Origin: a virus | Length of the DNA: 56,242 nt | IMG/VR virus record: IMGVR_UViG_3300045988_040265 | Span: 1 to 56,242 of that record | Direction: 5' to 3' (one strand) | Shown here: one piece after another, positions 24,967 to 35,325 of the stretch | Position numbering within the stretch: the stretch's first letter is position 1 | Layout of the letters: each line of letters begins with the position of its first letter | Position numbers and translations under genes: made by a program | The notes under the pieces: generated by a model | Seen by the model: only the letters and a program-made list of their open reading frames with translations | Told to the model about the DNA's origin: nothing | Databases searched by the model: none

Positions 24967-25833
24967 TTACTTAGCTCCGTTCTTTTTCATTTTCGTAAAC
25001 TGCTCATAAAGCTCTGCAATTAAGTGTGACTTTAGCCATTCAGTCCAAAATTCAAGGCCTTTGCTATCTGCATTTCTGTTAAACACATTTTTATATGCAC
25101 ATTTTACCGCATACTTTCGTGCTTCATCTGACTTTGCAAATTCATTTTCAATTTCTACCAAACTTGCATCATCTGTCAGCTTATTTTTCCAGTAATTAAG
25201 TCCACCATCATCTGCCACTCTTCCAAGGTATGTTGCATACAACGTTTTAACAAAAACTATTTTTTGACCATCGTTCATATTATAAAAATCCCCTTTCTTT
25301 TCTTCTACCGGATGTAGTCTTTTATTTACTTCTTCCGCAATATAAAAATGCTTACTGTATAAGTATTCCCCAGGACAAGCTTTATTTGCAAACCATCTAT
25401 GAACCGTCATGTTCTGCTTATCTATTTGACCTATTAGAGACCTATCTGCTTGCCATTTAAGGCTATCAATTCCGTTTCTAGTACAAATATCTGTACACAA
25501 TTCAATTAATGCCTTCATAGCCTTTTCAGATACGTGCCATCCGGTAGATTCCCCACCATCATTTGCTACTTCAATTGTAACTGCCCTCATGTCATTTGAC
25601 TTATTAGAGCTACACCAAGAACCGTTACATTCTTCAACATACATTGCAATTCTTCCGTCAGAACCGATTCCGTAATTTGAAGACGCTTCTCGGTTTTGGA
25701 ATACATTTCCGCACTGTTCCACAGTTAAATCGCCTGCCATGCAGTGAATTGTAATCGTGTCTATTGTGTGCGTTCTTCCGTTATAATGATATGGACTTAA
25801 CAATATATAACTAATTAATTTACTATTACTCAT
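24967..25833 (-). CDS. Endolysin: N-acetylmuramoyl-L-alanine amidase (Amidase_2/PGRP) with DUF4214-like C-terminal repeats
   Basis: ITIHCMAGDLTVEQCGNVFQNREASSNYGIG..VTIEVAND; C-terminal LNYWKNKL / LEFWTEWL repeats. Confidence 0.88.
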   Translation of the reverse strand: MSNSKLISYILLSPYHYNGRTHTIDTITIHCMAGDLTVEQCGNVFQNREASSNYGIGSDGRIAMYVEECNGSWCSSNKSNDMRAVTIEVANDGGESTGWHVSEKAMKALIELCTDICTRNGIDSLKWQADRSLIGQIDKQNMTVHRWFANKACPGEYLYSKHFYIAEEVNKRLHPVEEKKGDFYNMNDGQKIVFVKTLYATYLGRVADDGGLNYWKNKLTDDASLVEIENEFAKSDEARKYAVKCAYKNVFNRNADSKGLEFWTEWLKSHLIAELYEQFTKMKKNGAK

Positions 25834-25845
25834 AGTATCATCTCC

Positions 25846-27783
25846 TTAAATTGTATAAGTAAATGTCCAATACATACTTGTTGCCGGCATGTTAGCAGCG
25901 GTTCCATCATTTTTCTTAGTGTATCCTATCTTGACTTCTCCTGTTGTTTCTATAACAATTTGACCGATATAAATTCCATTAAATCTATGATAATCAATAA
26001 TCCGATATAATGGCTTGCTATCGTCAGGAAGCGTTCCAACAAGTGCATATCCAGCAGATGTGCCAAGTTCTTGTGCAATTTTTGATACAATGCAGGTTAT
26101 TGTTGCTGAATTGTATCTTTTATTCAAAGTTATTGCTCCGGTTTCAATGTTTGTCTTATTGGTTATATCGGTCGAAGAAAAATTTGAAGCATCTAAGTCT
26201 CCAATATTCATTGACCCATGAACCCAAAGTCCATTTTCGATTACGGTTGCCTTGTTTATATGCAAAGTATTCGGATAAATTTTCCCAGCAATTATTGATA
26301 TTTCGTTTTCTGAATAATAAAAAATATTATCGTTATTTCTATAATTAAGTTCTAATTTATCCGTACCTTGTCCTTGATTTCCAGTCAGTGCTAGTGCCGT
26401 TATATATTCCCAAGGGTCAGTTGCACTCCCAACTATTTCCCACGGCAATCTAAGCTTTAGGCCTCCGTCAATAATGACATCATTACTTTTTATTGAACCT
26501 CCAACAATTGTTAAATCAGTGCATGTTTGTTTTCCATCTGCATCAACCTTCCATTTGTCAGAATCAATTACTACACGATTTCCTGTTAGTGTTATCTGTT
26601 CTGTTTCTAATGATAGTTGAGAACTTACTTCTCCTTTGGATACTTTTAGCTTTAGTCCCTCTTCGGTTTTTGCAATTTTGATTTTCAATCTTCCATTGTC
26701 TGAATTAAGTTTTGCCAACTGACCAATAACACTGTTTACGTCCTGCTGGATATACTCTTCTCCACTTGCTTCTATGGAATCAGTTAATGCTTGTATGCCG
26801 TTGATTTCTCTTTTTAATATATAAGTTGTATCCAAATTTCCAGATTCATCATTAAAAGAGACCTTATCTCCTAAGTCAAAATATGGCTGGCCAACTGATT
26901 CAATAGTTGCGGGTCTGTATGATATTCCGTTAATTTTTCCTGCAATCGTATTTGCAATGCTTATTAATTCCGCTTCGGTTTTGTCTGCAATAAGATAATT
27001 GTCTGTAATAATATATGGATTTGTATGGCTTGTAGACTGATATACAATATCACTGTCTGTAAACTTAATTGTAACTCCATCAATGGCAGAAGTATTATAG
27101 TCTTCACACTGCGGATATGATCTTAATATTCCGTTTAACGTATCTACTGGATCTCCAGTTGATAAATACACGTATTCAAAATTTCCACCCCTTGAAATGT
27201 TTCCAAAGCATCCGTTTAGCTCACAAATACCCTGCATTAAATCTAATCCATTAATCGCTCCATCATCATCTAGGGTTTTGTTTATTTCCATTGAATCAAA
27301 TGGTAATGTTGCTTCTACCTGCTCCAACCCCACATGCCCGCATAAACCATCTCTTAAATCCTTTACTGTAACCGGAAACACTAAACTTCTATACCATTCC
27401 CCAACATCAACAGATAGTTTTTTCATCCTGTCATATGCAGTAATCTTTCTGAATGGTCTTCCTACTTCTTTCTTTGAAGATTCTACCGTAAACAAGCCTA
27501 GTGAAAGTTCTGTTGTATCACTATCTACTAACAATTTTGGTTGTATCTCTTTACCAATCAAATCTTCTGTAATCTCAGCAACAGTAATTTCAAAACTGGT
27601 TGAATTACAAGAGCCAAACTTTATGTTTTCATCATCGGACAACGATTGCTTTATTCTCATGCTTTCTGAAACTATGTTACTGTTTGTTATTGTTGTTTCA
27701 TTTCCGGATATAGAAATATTCAGTTTCTTTCTTCCATTACCGCTTCTGTACAACTCTTTTAATTCATTACTTATATTAATCAT
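25846..27783 (-). CDS. Tail fibre / tail-associated minor structural protein (receptor-binding candidate)
   Basis: Size, position after tape measure and Dit, N-terminus MINISNELKELYRSGN.. The ATG at 27783 overlaps the upstream TGA. Confidence 0.65.
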   Translation of the reverse strand: MINISNELKELYRSGNGRKKLNISISGNETTITNSNIVSESMRIKQSLSDDENIKFGSCNSTSFEITVAEITEDLIGKEIQPKLLVDSDTTELSLGLFTVESSKKEVGRPFRKITAYDRMKKLSVDVGEWYRSLVFPVTVKDLRDGLCGHVGLEQVEATLPFDSMEINKTLDDDGAINGLDLMQGICELNGCFGNISRGGNFEYVYLSTGDPVDTLNGILRSYPQCEDYNTSAIDGVTIKFTDSDIVYQSTSHTNPYIITDNYLIADKTEAELISIANTIAGKINGISYRPATIESVGQPYFDLGDKVSFNDESGNLDTTYILKREINGIQALTDSIEASGEEYIQQDVNSVIGQLAKLNSDNGRLKIKIAKTEEGLKLKVSKGEVSSQLSLETEQITLTGNRVVIDSDKWKVDADGKQTCTDLTIVGGSIKSNDVIIDGGLKLRLPWEIVGSATDPWEYITALALTGNQGQGTDKLELNYRNNDNIFYYSENEISIIAGKIYPNTLHINKATVIENGLWVHGSMNIGDLDASNFSSTDITNKTNIETGAITLNKRYNSATITCIVSKIAQELGTSAGYALVGTLPDDSKPLYRIIDYHRFNGIYIGQIVIETTGEVKIGYTKKNDGTAANMPATSMYWTFTYTI

Positions 27784-28202
27784 GATAATGTATTCACCCC
27801 ATAACTTATCCATGCCATTCTTGTTGATTGATATTGTATTTTATTTTCATCCGCGAAGTACATCTGCGGACTAAAATCAGCCATGTACATGTCACTTGTG
27901 ACGTACTTATCTAGTTCCGGCACATAGACTTCTACACTTGCTTTCTTTTCTACTGAATCTATATAGTTATTTCTGATATTCAGCATAATCTCACTCATCT
28001 GACGATCATCAAGCATATTTCTAGTTTCAAATTCAACTTTAGGTGCCTGTTTTGCTAATGCCGTTCTGTGCAGTCCGCCATCTGTATCTCTGTAAGAATC
28101 CAAATCTTGTCCGTAATTTGTTGCAGAATAGCTTTCTGCAGCTATCATGGATAGTGGTATTTTATAATTTCCAACTTTAATTAAATATCCGTTATATTCC
28201 AT
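27780..28202 (-). CDS. Distal tail protein-like (called by position)
   Basis: Immediately downstream of the tape measure gene. Confidence 0.5.
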   Translation of the reverse strand: MEYNGYLIKVGNYKIPLSMIAAESYSATNYGQDLDSYRDTDGGLHRTALAKQAPKVEFETRNMLDDRQMSEIMLNIRNNYIDSVEKKASVEVYVPELDKYVTSDMYMADFSPQMYFADENKIQYQSTRMAWISYGVNTLS

Positions 28203-28247
28203 ATTTTTAACCTCATAAAAAGGAGAGGTTTTATCCTCTCCTTAATC

Positions 28248-31200
28248 TTAAATCAATAACGCATTGTTACCTGTTCTGTTGTAATACTGTCGATTTGAAC
28301 GTCTTACAGAATCAAATATATCACTGTCAGTAATTCCAAACTCTTTTTGGACAATCTGCATGAGCAAATCATTCTGTCTACGAAGCATTGCAAGCTCCTG
28401 CCTGCTTGAATCGTATATTGCATCTCGAATACCTGTAATCTCATTGTTTGACGCTACTGCACTCTTTCCGTTTACCGTTCCTACAAGCTCCGGGCCTGCT
28501 TCGTTCGCTACAAATAAATCACCCATATCTGGGAATCCGCCGTTTTTATAAAACCGAAGTTTAGGCCATCCGCTTAATCCGAACGCTCTTACAACCGCAC
28601 GTTGTATGATGTTTGCAGGTGTTGAAAATTCAACATGGAATCTAAGTATAAGATTCTGCTGAATCCATCCCATGGCATTATTCCATGCCTGCCGGATTCT
28701 TCCAAGTATGTCCGGCACTCCAATATTAGGTATTAAAGTAGAGACATTTCTTCTCCACCATGATTTCGCCGCTTCCCACGCTAGCCACAATTTATTTGCA
28801 ATTGTATCATCGCCACGTTCAAGTGATATTTTTGGAGTAAAGTTTACATTCTTCGCCCACCACTCTTTAGCGGTTTTCCATCCATGCCACAATCTGTTGG
28901 CTATATCCGGAATATTTACAACAGGTGTAAATTTAATCGCTTTTTTAATGTACTCCCTAGCTTTTCCCCATGCAGTAACGATTCTGGATTTTATATCTGG
29001 AACATTTACAGTTGGATTAACTTTAACATTTGTTTTAATCCAAGAAGAAGCTTCTCCCCATGCTCCGATAATCGTAGACTTTATATCCGGTTTGTCAACA
29101 TCAATCTTGATTTTGTTTTTGTTGTCTTTAATATCAACATCTTCACCAAAAAGATTATTCCAAAAATCAGTCCATACCTTTTTTATATCTTCGCCTAGAG
29201 TGTTTAACATTGCGATTATTGCGTTTTTAAGTGCATATGCAAGCTCTGCCCAAACAAGCGGATTATCAATGGTTGTCTTAAACGTCATGATTGCTCCCCA
29301 CAACAGGTCAGCAAATGTTTTTCCAACACTCTTCCAATCCACTTCTTTGATAAAGACCGTTATCGAATTAAATAGGGTAGCCGATACAGAAGCCCAGTCG
29401 ATTTCTGACAGAAAATCATCTATTGCGCTAACAAGTCCATTTACAAGGTCAGCTCCTGTTCCAATTGTTCTTGCCCATGTTTCCTTGTCAGTAAAAAGCT
29501 TATTAATTGCTTTTCCAAGTCCCTTTGCGACTTTCTCTGCACCATCCTTAAACGAATCTACATCAAGGGTATTAAGTCCATTGTTAATACCTCTTATAAT
29601 TGAATCTGCGAATCCATCGAAATCAAAAGTATCTCCAAATCCATTGAGAAATGCAAATGCGGTATTAAGCAATTTTGCAACAGTCTTTGTTACAGACGCA
29701 AATGTATTGGTGTCAAATAATCCGTTAAGAAAATCAGCAAGGCTCTCACCAAGTGATTTTCCGTTAGAAATAACCACACTCCAATTTATTCCATCCAAAG
29801 CAGACTTAATTGATTCTCCTACAAACTTACCTACGCTTTCAAAATTTGTATTTTTCAAAAATTCTCCGATGCCATAAGAAACGGTATTAACTGCCTGTGC
29901 AATTGTATTTCCTATTTTGTTTGCAAGGTCAGGAGTTTCTACAAATCCAGTAATCAATGTGCCTAATGATTTACCAATCTTCTTTGCTTTTTCCTGTATT
30001 TCAGACCAATCAATGCTATCAAGTGCAGACGAAAGATTATCTCCTATTATGCGTCCTATTCCGGCAAAATCAGCGTTTTCCCATGCTTCCTTTATCTTTT
30101 CTGAAAGTTTCTTAATGTTTTCTGGAATATCAGCATCTTCATAATTCGTTCCCTTGTTGTCTTTATTTCCGCTTCCGCTACCGCCTTTGCTTCCGTCATT
30201 AGTTGTGATGTTGTTTAATTCATCAAAACTCTGTAACTGTTTGTTCAAATCTTTTTGAGCTTTTGATGCACCACTTGCAGAATCCTTAAATGCGTCCATG
30301 TTTGCAGTAGCTTTAATGTATGTGTTTTGTCCAGATAATGCTGCAATTAATTGCGATAACGCATTGACGGCAAATAGTATTCCATTTGCTAACGCATTAA
30401 CCGCAGGCAACACGTAATTCAGTACAGGTTCAAATGCAGCTACAAACTGACCTCCGATCAGTTGCAATGTTACCTTAAGTTTGGTCATTTGTTCTTCAAG
30501 TCTTTTTGAGTGCTTTTGAAGATTTTCAAAACTATCACTCATGCTATCTGTAACTGCCGTAACTGCCATTGAACGAAGCCTGCTTGCCAAAGCCATAAAT
30601 ATTCGCTGAATGCCACGAATAAGTTTGTTTGATGATTTGGTTCCAGACTTTCCAAAATCGAATATTTTTTTGATTAAGTTCGTAAGACCATCAGCCATCT
30701 TCTTGAAAAAGTTGACTACATTTCTAACCATTGTGCTTATCACGTTTGCTACTTTTCGCAATCCATTTATAAGCATGGTTACACCGGCTAACACAAGTCC
30801 AATCACTGGTATTGCAGTTTGAAGTCCAGCCATTGCAGTGCCGGCCGTTTCTGATGTGGTGGCAACCTCTGTCATTCCACTTGCCATATTTGTAAGGTTT
30901 TGGCTTGCTGATTGTACTCTTGATGCAGTCTGACTGAATCCCATTCCCCTCAATACATTTGCAAGAGTTTTCCCAATTTCACTTGCTTTTAGTAAACTAT
31001 CTGAAAATCCAGAAGCCTTTTGCTCCATGTTTTCAATTGCCGTTCCTGATTCTTCCATGTCGATTGCTGAATCGACAAGCTTATTGTACCCCTCTGTTAC
31101 ATGATTTATATTCCACTCTAAATCTTTGTACTTTTGAGATTCTTTATCAACACCTGTATCTTCAAATCTTTGTTTTTTCAAAAACAATTTATCTAAGGAT

Positions 31201-32153
31201 GCAGACGTTTTTTCTATTTGCAATTGAAGATTTTTATAATCATCCGTAAATTTTTGACCGTTTTCTATTTCTGGCGATACATAAGTTCTTGGCTTTATAG
31301 TTTCTTTTGGTTTTTGAGCATCGTCAAGTTTATCCATGTATTCTTTAAAGCTTTCGGATGGGTCTTCAAACGGTATGTCCGTAATCGTATCTTGAATTTC
31401 TTTTATTAACTGTTCATAATCTTTTATTGTATCTTTTGCTTCTGGAAACTTCTCTTTTAGTTGTTCAAAAGCCTGCAGAAGTCCAAAATTATAATATCCC
31501 TTTGTTTCTGAATCAGTGATATTTGCATCATACCAATTCAATTGGTCTTTGTAATATTGAAGGTCTTTTCCTGATTCTTTTAACTCACTTTTGCTATGGT
31601 TTTCCTGTATTTCTTCCCATTGTTTCGCAAAGTCATTTTTTCTGTTTTCATTTCTCTTATTTTCTGCATCTGATAATAAACGAAGAGCTTTTTCTGCCTG
31701 TGCAATTCTAATTGAATATCGTTCAATACCTCTGCTTTGAGATAATGCATTGCTACTTGCCAATATTGCATTCAACTCATTTTGAGCCGTTGTAAGCCGT
31801 TCAGTCCATTTTTTTGTTTCTAACTCTGGTCTTTTTAAATCTACTTTTACTTGGACTGTTTCTCTTGCACTTTTCATGATTCTGTCTTGCATTTCTTGCA
31901 ATGATTCTTCTGCTTTTTTGGTGGCATTTTCCACGTTCTTCATTGCTTTCTTTGCATTGTTAGACAAATCGTCTAATGCACTTTTAGATTCTTTACTTGC
32001 CTGTTTAACTCCGCCTATATCCTTTGTTTTTCTTTCGGTGCTTCCAAGCTTAGAGACTATAATTTCAAGTTTTTGAGCAAGTCTATCTAGTGCTTCTTCC
32101 GCTTTCTCTGCTTCCGCTTTAATTTTAATCTCCAAGCTATCTGTTTCCGCCAT
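28248..32153 (-). CDS. Tail tape measure protein
   Basis: 1301 aa with long coiled coils and a central hydrophobic/Gly-rich segment; sits after the chaperone pair. Confidence 0.9.
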   Translation of the reverse strand: MAETDSLEIKIKAEAEKAEEALDRLAQKLEIIVSKLGSTERKTKDIGGVKQASKESKSALDDLSNNAKKAMKNVENATKKAEESLQEMQDRIMKSARETVQVKVDLKRPELETKKWTERLTTAQNELNAILASSNALSQSRGIERYSIRIAQAEKALRLLSDAENKRNENRKNDFAKQWEEIQENHSKSELKESGKDLQYYKDQLNWYDANITDSETKGYYNFGLLQAFEQLKEKFPEAKDTIKDYEQLIKEIQDTITDIPFEDPSESFKEYMDKLDDAQKPKETIKPRTYVSPEIENGQKFTDDYKNLQLQIEKTSASLDKLFLKKQRFEDTGVDKESQKYKDLEWNINHVTEGYNKLVDSAIDMEESGTAIENMEQKASGFSDSLLKASEIGKTLANVLRGMGFSQTASRVQSASQNLTNMASGMTEVATTSETAGTAMAGLQTAIPVIGLVLAGVTMLINGLRKVANVISTMVRNVVNFFKKMADGLTNLIKKIFDFGKSGTKSSNKLIRGIQRIFMALASRLRSMAVTAVTDSMSDSFENLQKHSKRLEEQMTKLKVTLQLIGGQFVAAFEPVLNYVLPAVNALANGILFAVNALSQLIAALSGQNTYIKATANMDAFKDSASGASKAQKDLNKQLQSFDELNNITTNDGSKGGSGSGNKDNKGTNYEDADIPENIKKLSEKIKEAWENADFAGIGRIIGDNLSSALDSIDWSEIQEKAKKIGKSLGTLITGFVETPDLANKIGNTIAQAVNTVSYGIGEFLKNTNFESVGKFVGESIKSALDGINWSVVISNGKSLGESLADFLNGLFDTNTFASVTKTVAKLLNTAFAFLNGFGDTFDFDGFADSIIRGINNGLNTLDVDSFKDGAEKVAKGLGKAINKLFTDKETWARTIGTGADLVNGLVSAIDDFLSEIDWASVSATLFNSITVFIKEVDWKSVGKTFADLLWGAIMTFKTTIDNPLVWAELAYALKNAIIAMLNTLGEDIKKVWTDFWNNLFGEDVDIKDNKNKIKIDVDKPDIKSTIIGAWGEASSWIKTNVKVNPTVNVPDIKSRIVTAWGKAREYIKKAIKFTPVVNIPDIANRLWHGWKTAKEWWAKNVNFTPKISLERGDDTIANKLWLAWEAAKSWWRRNVSTLIPNIGVPDILGRIRQAWNNAMGWIQQNLILRFHVEFSTPANIIQRAVVRAFGLSGWPKLRFYKNGGFPDMGDLFVANEAGPELVGTVNGKSAVASNNEITGIRDAIYDSSRQELAMLRRQNDLLMQIVQKEFGITDSDIFDSVRRSNRQYYNRTGNNALLI

Positions 32154-32198
32154 TGCCTTACACCTACTTTCATAATATTAAAAAAGACGGTACAAACG

Positions 32199-32510
32199 TT
32201 AGTCCGTACCGCCATTGTTTTTCTTCTTATTAAGTTCAAAATTGGACTGCATAACTTTTAGTTGTGCAAAGAACAATTCTGCTTTTTTCTTTCTGCTCTC
32301 TTCCGATTGCTCTTCTTCTATCAATTCAGGAATTGGCTTTTTATAATATTTGTTTTTTGAATTTAATGCACAAGCTATTGCCGACATCATATAGTGTCCA
32401 TTTAACCAATCTCTGTAATCTTCTTCTTTTTTCTTTTCCAAGTATCCTTTGGCTATCGAATTAAATTCTGCACAAGTAAGATTCCAAAATGTTTCCCATG
32501 AAATTCCCAT
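32199..32510 (-). CDS. Tail assembly chaperone, frameshift-extension part (T-like)
   Basis: Lies in the -1 frame relative to 32552-32902. That frame is open from the slippery site onward (hand translation). Confidence 0.65.
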   Translation of the reverse strand: MGISWETFWNLTCAEFNSIAKGYLEKKKEEDYRDWLNGHYMMSAIACALNSKNKYYKKPIPELIEEEQSEESRKKKAELFFAQLKVMQSNFELNKKKNNGGTD

Positions 32511-32551
32511 CTTGTATGCCTTTGGATACAGTTCTTCATGAATCCATTGTC

Positions 32552-32902
32552 TTAAGCTTTTGCATTTCTTTTCTTCTCTGCAACTTTCTCCGTATTCTCT
32601 GCTGCATTCTCTTCCGTTGTCTCGTTGTTGAGTGCGCGAAAAAAACCGGAATCTTCCATTTCTGCGTTCATTACGTCAATGAGGTCTTCAAACGTACCGC
32701 CGGCAATAATATGATTTTCGATTTCTTCACCTGCTAATTCCTGATTGTTTTCAAGATGCAATGCAAAATATGCTCTTACTGCTGACATAGGCTTTTGAAC
32801 CATCTTTTCAAGCGATACTCCCATATCCTCTAAGTCGCACAATGTATTGTACCCAAATTTCTTAGCAGTGTATGTTTTACCATTAATCTTAAATGTTCTC
32901 AT
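32552..32902 (-). CDS. Tail assembly chaperone (G-like)
   Basis: Position between the major tail and tape measure genes; acidic C-terminus. Confidence 0.7.
   Translation of the reverse strand: MRTFKINGKTYTAKKFGYNTLCDLEDMGVSLEKMVQKPMSAVRAYFALHLENNQELAGEEIENHIIAGGTFEDLIDVMNAEMEDSGFFRALNNETTEENAAENTEKVAEKKRNAKA
32639..32645 (-). promoter_or_regulatory. Candidate -1 programmed frameshift heptamer T_TTT_TTT (coding strand)
   Basis: GGT TTT TTT CGC in the 0 frame, correctly phased as X_XXY_YYZ. Confidence 0.6.
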
Positions 32903-33059
32903 GTTTATACCTTTTACCTTTCCTCCTATACAAGATGTATAGGAAAGGGGCAGTCCGAAGACCGCCCTTTCTTACTTAGTTAATAAAGTTCTGGCTCGGC
33001 TGTTTCTTCATTATAGCCAGTCGCAACAGCCTTGCTATTGTCCTTAACGGACTGGCTAT

Positions 33060-33533
33060 TTATTCCCCCGGTGTCAGTGCAATCTTTGTATCAGTTCCCT
33101 TGTACTCTTCAATAGTCAAGTTCATCTCGATAGTCAAAAGCTCATTCTGACCGACTTCCGGCATAGGAATACTTTCCGGCGGCTGTGCAATAACAAAGAA
33201 TCCTTTTGTAAGGTCTTTTGAAACTACCTCAAACCACATTCTCTTTCCGCCAGTCAATGCCTTATATGCAGTAATAAGGTCTTCCCACTCCTTGGCTGTT
33301 TCATCAGTGTAGTTTACTGTTACCGTCCATGTTCCACCTGTATCTGCACGTCCCTTAACGTAACGTGTAACATCGTCTTCCAATGCAGATGCATCAATCT
33401 GTTCCGGGTCAATTGTAATTCCGCCAATTGCATTAATACGATTTAACTGGTTAAAAGTTGTCGGCTTTGTTCCGGCCGTTTCTTCTACTCCATATCCTAA
33501 AGTGATACCGAGTGTACTAATCCCTGCTACCAT
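33060..33533 (-). CDS. Major tail protein
   Basis: Position and N-terminus MVAGISTLGITLGYGVEETAGTKPTTF. Confidence 0.75.
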   Translation of the reverse strand: MVAGISTLGITLGYGVEETAGTKPTTFNQLNRINAIGGITIDPEQIDASALEDDVTRYVKGRADTGGTWTVTVNYTDETAKEWEDLITAYKALTGGKRMWFEVVSKDLTKGFFVIAQPPESIPMPEVGQNELLTIEMNLTIEEYKGTDTKIALTPGE

Positions 33534-33591
33534 GTTTTCTACCTCCTATTTTTAAAAAAATAAGAGCCTTTTGGCTCTCTTAAACTTTTAT

Positions 33592-33999
33592 TTACACTAA
33601 CTTTTCATTCGCACCTATAATTCTTTGAAACCTTGCGGTGCTTTTGTTTGTATCTCCAAATTCCAGTGATGGAAATCCTTTAATTCCAAACCGTAATTTC
33701 TTGAATACTTCTGAAACTACGGACATTACATATCTTGCTTCTGATTCGTCTTTGTTAGTTGTTACATCTACTTGAAACGTTACCGACAATGCGTTTATTG
33801 ATTGACCGTCAATCGTTTTTCCCTCTTCCGTTGGCGGAAGAAGATGAATATATACCGTTGGAAATGTTGGTGTTTTTGTTGACTTGCTTTTTTGCGTGAA
33901 GTATATCTTTGGATATTTTTCAATCAGCTTCGGTTGTGCTATTGCTTTAACAATTGAATAAACTGACATTTCAATGTCATACGCCCACATATTATCCAT
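33592..33999 (-). CDS. Tail terminator / tail completion protein (called by position)
   Basis: The ATG at 33999 overlaps the upstream stop. Confidence 0.5.
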   Translation of the reverse strand: MDNMWAYDIEMSVYSIVKAIAQPKLIEKYPKIYFTQKSKSTKTPTFPTVYIHLLPPTEEGKTIDGQSINALSVTFQVDVTTNKDESEARYVMSVVSEVFKKLRFGIKGFPSLEFGDTNKSTARFQRIIGANEKLV

Positions 34000-34549
34000 A
34001 CTTAAACACCTCTTCCGCCGTTTCAACAATTATCTTTTTTAATTCATTTGCTGTATTGTGCATGAATGGTCGGCTCGGCATGCCTTTTGTGATATGCAAC
34101 TTTCCATCCTCGCCAATGTAGGTCCAGTAATATTCGCCAGCTTTTACAAACGTACTGCCGTGAATGACAATATCTTCCATCGCCTGACGAATTGTGCTTC
34201 CAGAGTTATAATCCCACGAAACACCGTCCGGAAACTCATATGGATATGGTGATTCCTTTCCAACAATTCCAGTTCCTAATTCAACAAATATTGCGTGTTT
34301 GGAATCTGCTATTACCACCCATACCCCACTGCCCCTTTCTTCGGAATGTATGCTTTCCAGAAGTTCACTGGTAAAAACAGCATCGAGACTTATGATTTCT
34401 GCCTTGGCGATTTCTACGCCCTTTTCTGCAAGGCTTTCCGCAAGTTTCTGACATTTATACGTTAATTCGCTTTTGTATGCCTTTAATTGCCTTATGGCAC
34501 GTTTTACACTGCTTTTAGATAGGCAATCAAGATTAATTGTTTCTGGCAT
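33992..34549 (-). CDS. HK97 gp10-family head-tail protein
   Basis: ..HAIFVELGTGIVG.. motif and position. Confidence 0.6.
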   Translation of the reverse strand: MPETINLDCLSKSSVKRAIRQLKAYKSELTYKCQKLAESLAEKGVEIAKAEIISLDAVFTSELLESIHSEERGSGVWVVIADSKHAIFVELGTGIVGKESPYPYEFPDGVSWDYNSGSTIRQAMEDIVIHGSTFVKAGEYYWTYIGEDGKLHITKGMPSRPFMHNTANELKKIIVETAEEVFKYG

Positions 34550-34550
34550 C

Positions 34551-34994
34551 TTAACTCACCTGCTCCGAATCAATAACATTCCGCTTAAGCAAAAACAAAT
34601 CCACTGTTAACCCTTCATCTGCAACACCCATGACGGTATAATCAGCAGACGTTGAATCAACAATGCCATCTTCATCATACTTAACATCCGATTTTTTCCA
34701 TATCAGATCACCGGCTTTAATCGGCAAAGCCCCTTTGTCGGTAATGATCTGTGCATAGTTTGTTGAATCGTCTATGCCAAACTGTTTTGCCAGAACCTCT
34801 GACAATTTATTGCTTATGTTGGCATAAAAAATTGTTGGCTCGCTAAAACCAACAACTTCCTTTTTTATAAGCGGTATTTTTTCTCCACTATCAGATTCAT
34901 AAAACTTAATATTCCCATCCTGATCTCTTTCGTATACTTCTATTCTTTTACCCTGCAATGAATACTTCATTTTTTGCTTATTAATGCGAAGCAT
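34551..34994 (-). CDS. Head closure / head-tail adaptor (called by position)
   Basis: Position only. Confidence 0.4.
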   Translation of the reverse strand: MLRINKQKMKYSLQGKRIEVYERDQDGNIKFYESDSGEKIPLIKKEVVGFSEPTIFYANISNKLSEVLAKQFGIDDSTNYAQIITDKGALPIKAGDLIWKKSDVKYDEDGIVDSTSADYTVMGVADEGLTVDLFLLKRNVIDSEQVS

Positions 34995-34995
34995 A

Positions 34996-35322
34996 TTACT
35001 TCACATCCTTGCCAAAACGTTTCCATAACTCGGATAACTTTTCCCATCCATACATTGCAACAAACGCAACAACAAATCCTGCAATAACGGAAGCAAGAAT
35101 CATATACCACAATATGGCCATCTGGATATACTGCATATATGCGATAAATGCAATAACAGTAATTCCGATTGAAAGTACGAATACCAAAACGTCCGTAGGC
35201 ACTTTGTTGAATATTCCAATTCCTTTAATCACCTGTGTAATAACAGATACTATAAAGGCTAATGCTCCGATAACTGCCAATATAATCGTCATGTTTGCGA
35301 TTAATGTCTGCATAATCTCCAT
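34996..35322 (-). CDS. Holin-like membrane protein (3-4 TM helices, basic C-terminal tail)
   Basis: TM1..VITQVIKGIGIFNKVPTDVL..TM2..TM3..WKRFGKDVK (Hol118/Phage_holin_1-like layout). Confidence 0.55.
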   Translation of the reverse strand: MEIMQTLIANMTIILAVIGALAFIVSVITQVIKGIGIFNKVPTDVLVFVLSIGITVIAFIAYMQYIQMAILWYMILASVIAGFVVAFVAMYGWEKLSELWKRFGKDVK

Positions 35323-35325
35323 TTG

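Noticed and set aside
28672-29877. Long plus-strand ORFs (401 aa here; also 13388-13996, 27197-27874, 35009-35425, 42131-42466 and many 60-130-aa ORFs) antisense to minus-strand genes
   Set aside because: They lie entirely inside well-supported minus-strand genes (tape measure, recT, tail fibre, holin, terL). Their composition is low-complexity and Ser/Phe/Leu-rich, typical of shadow frames in AT-rich DNA. They lack RBSs.
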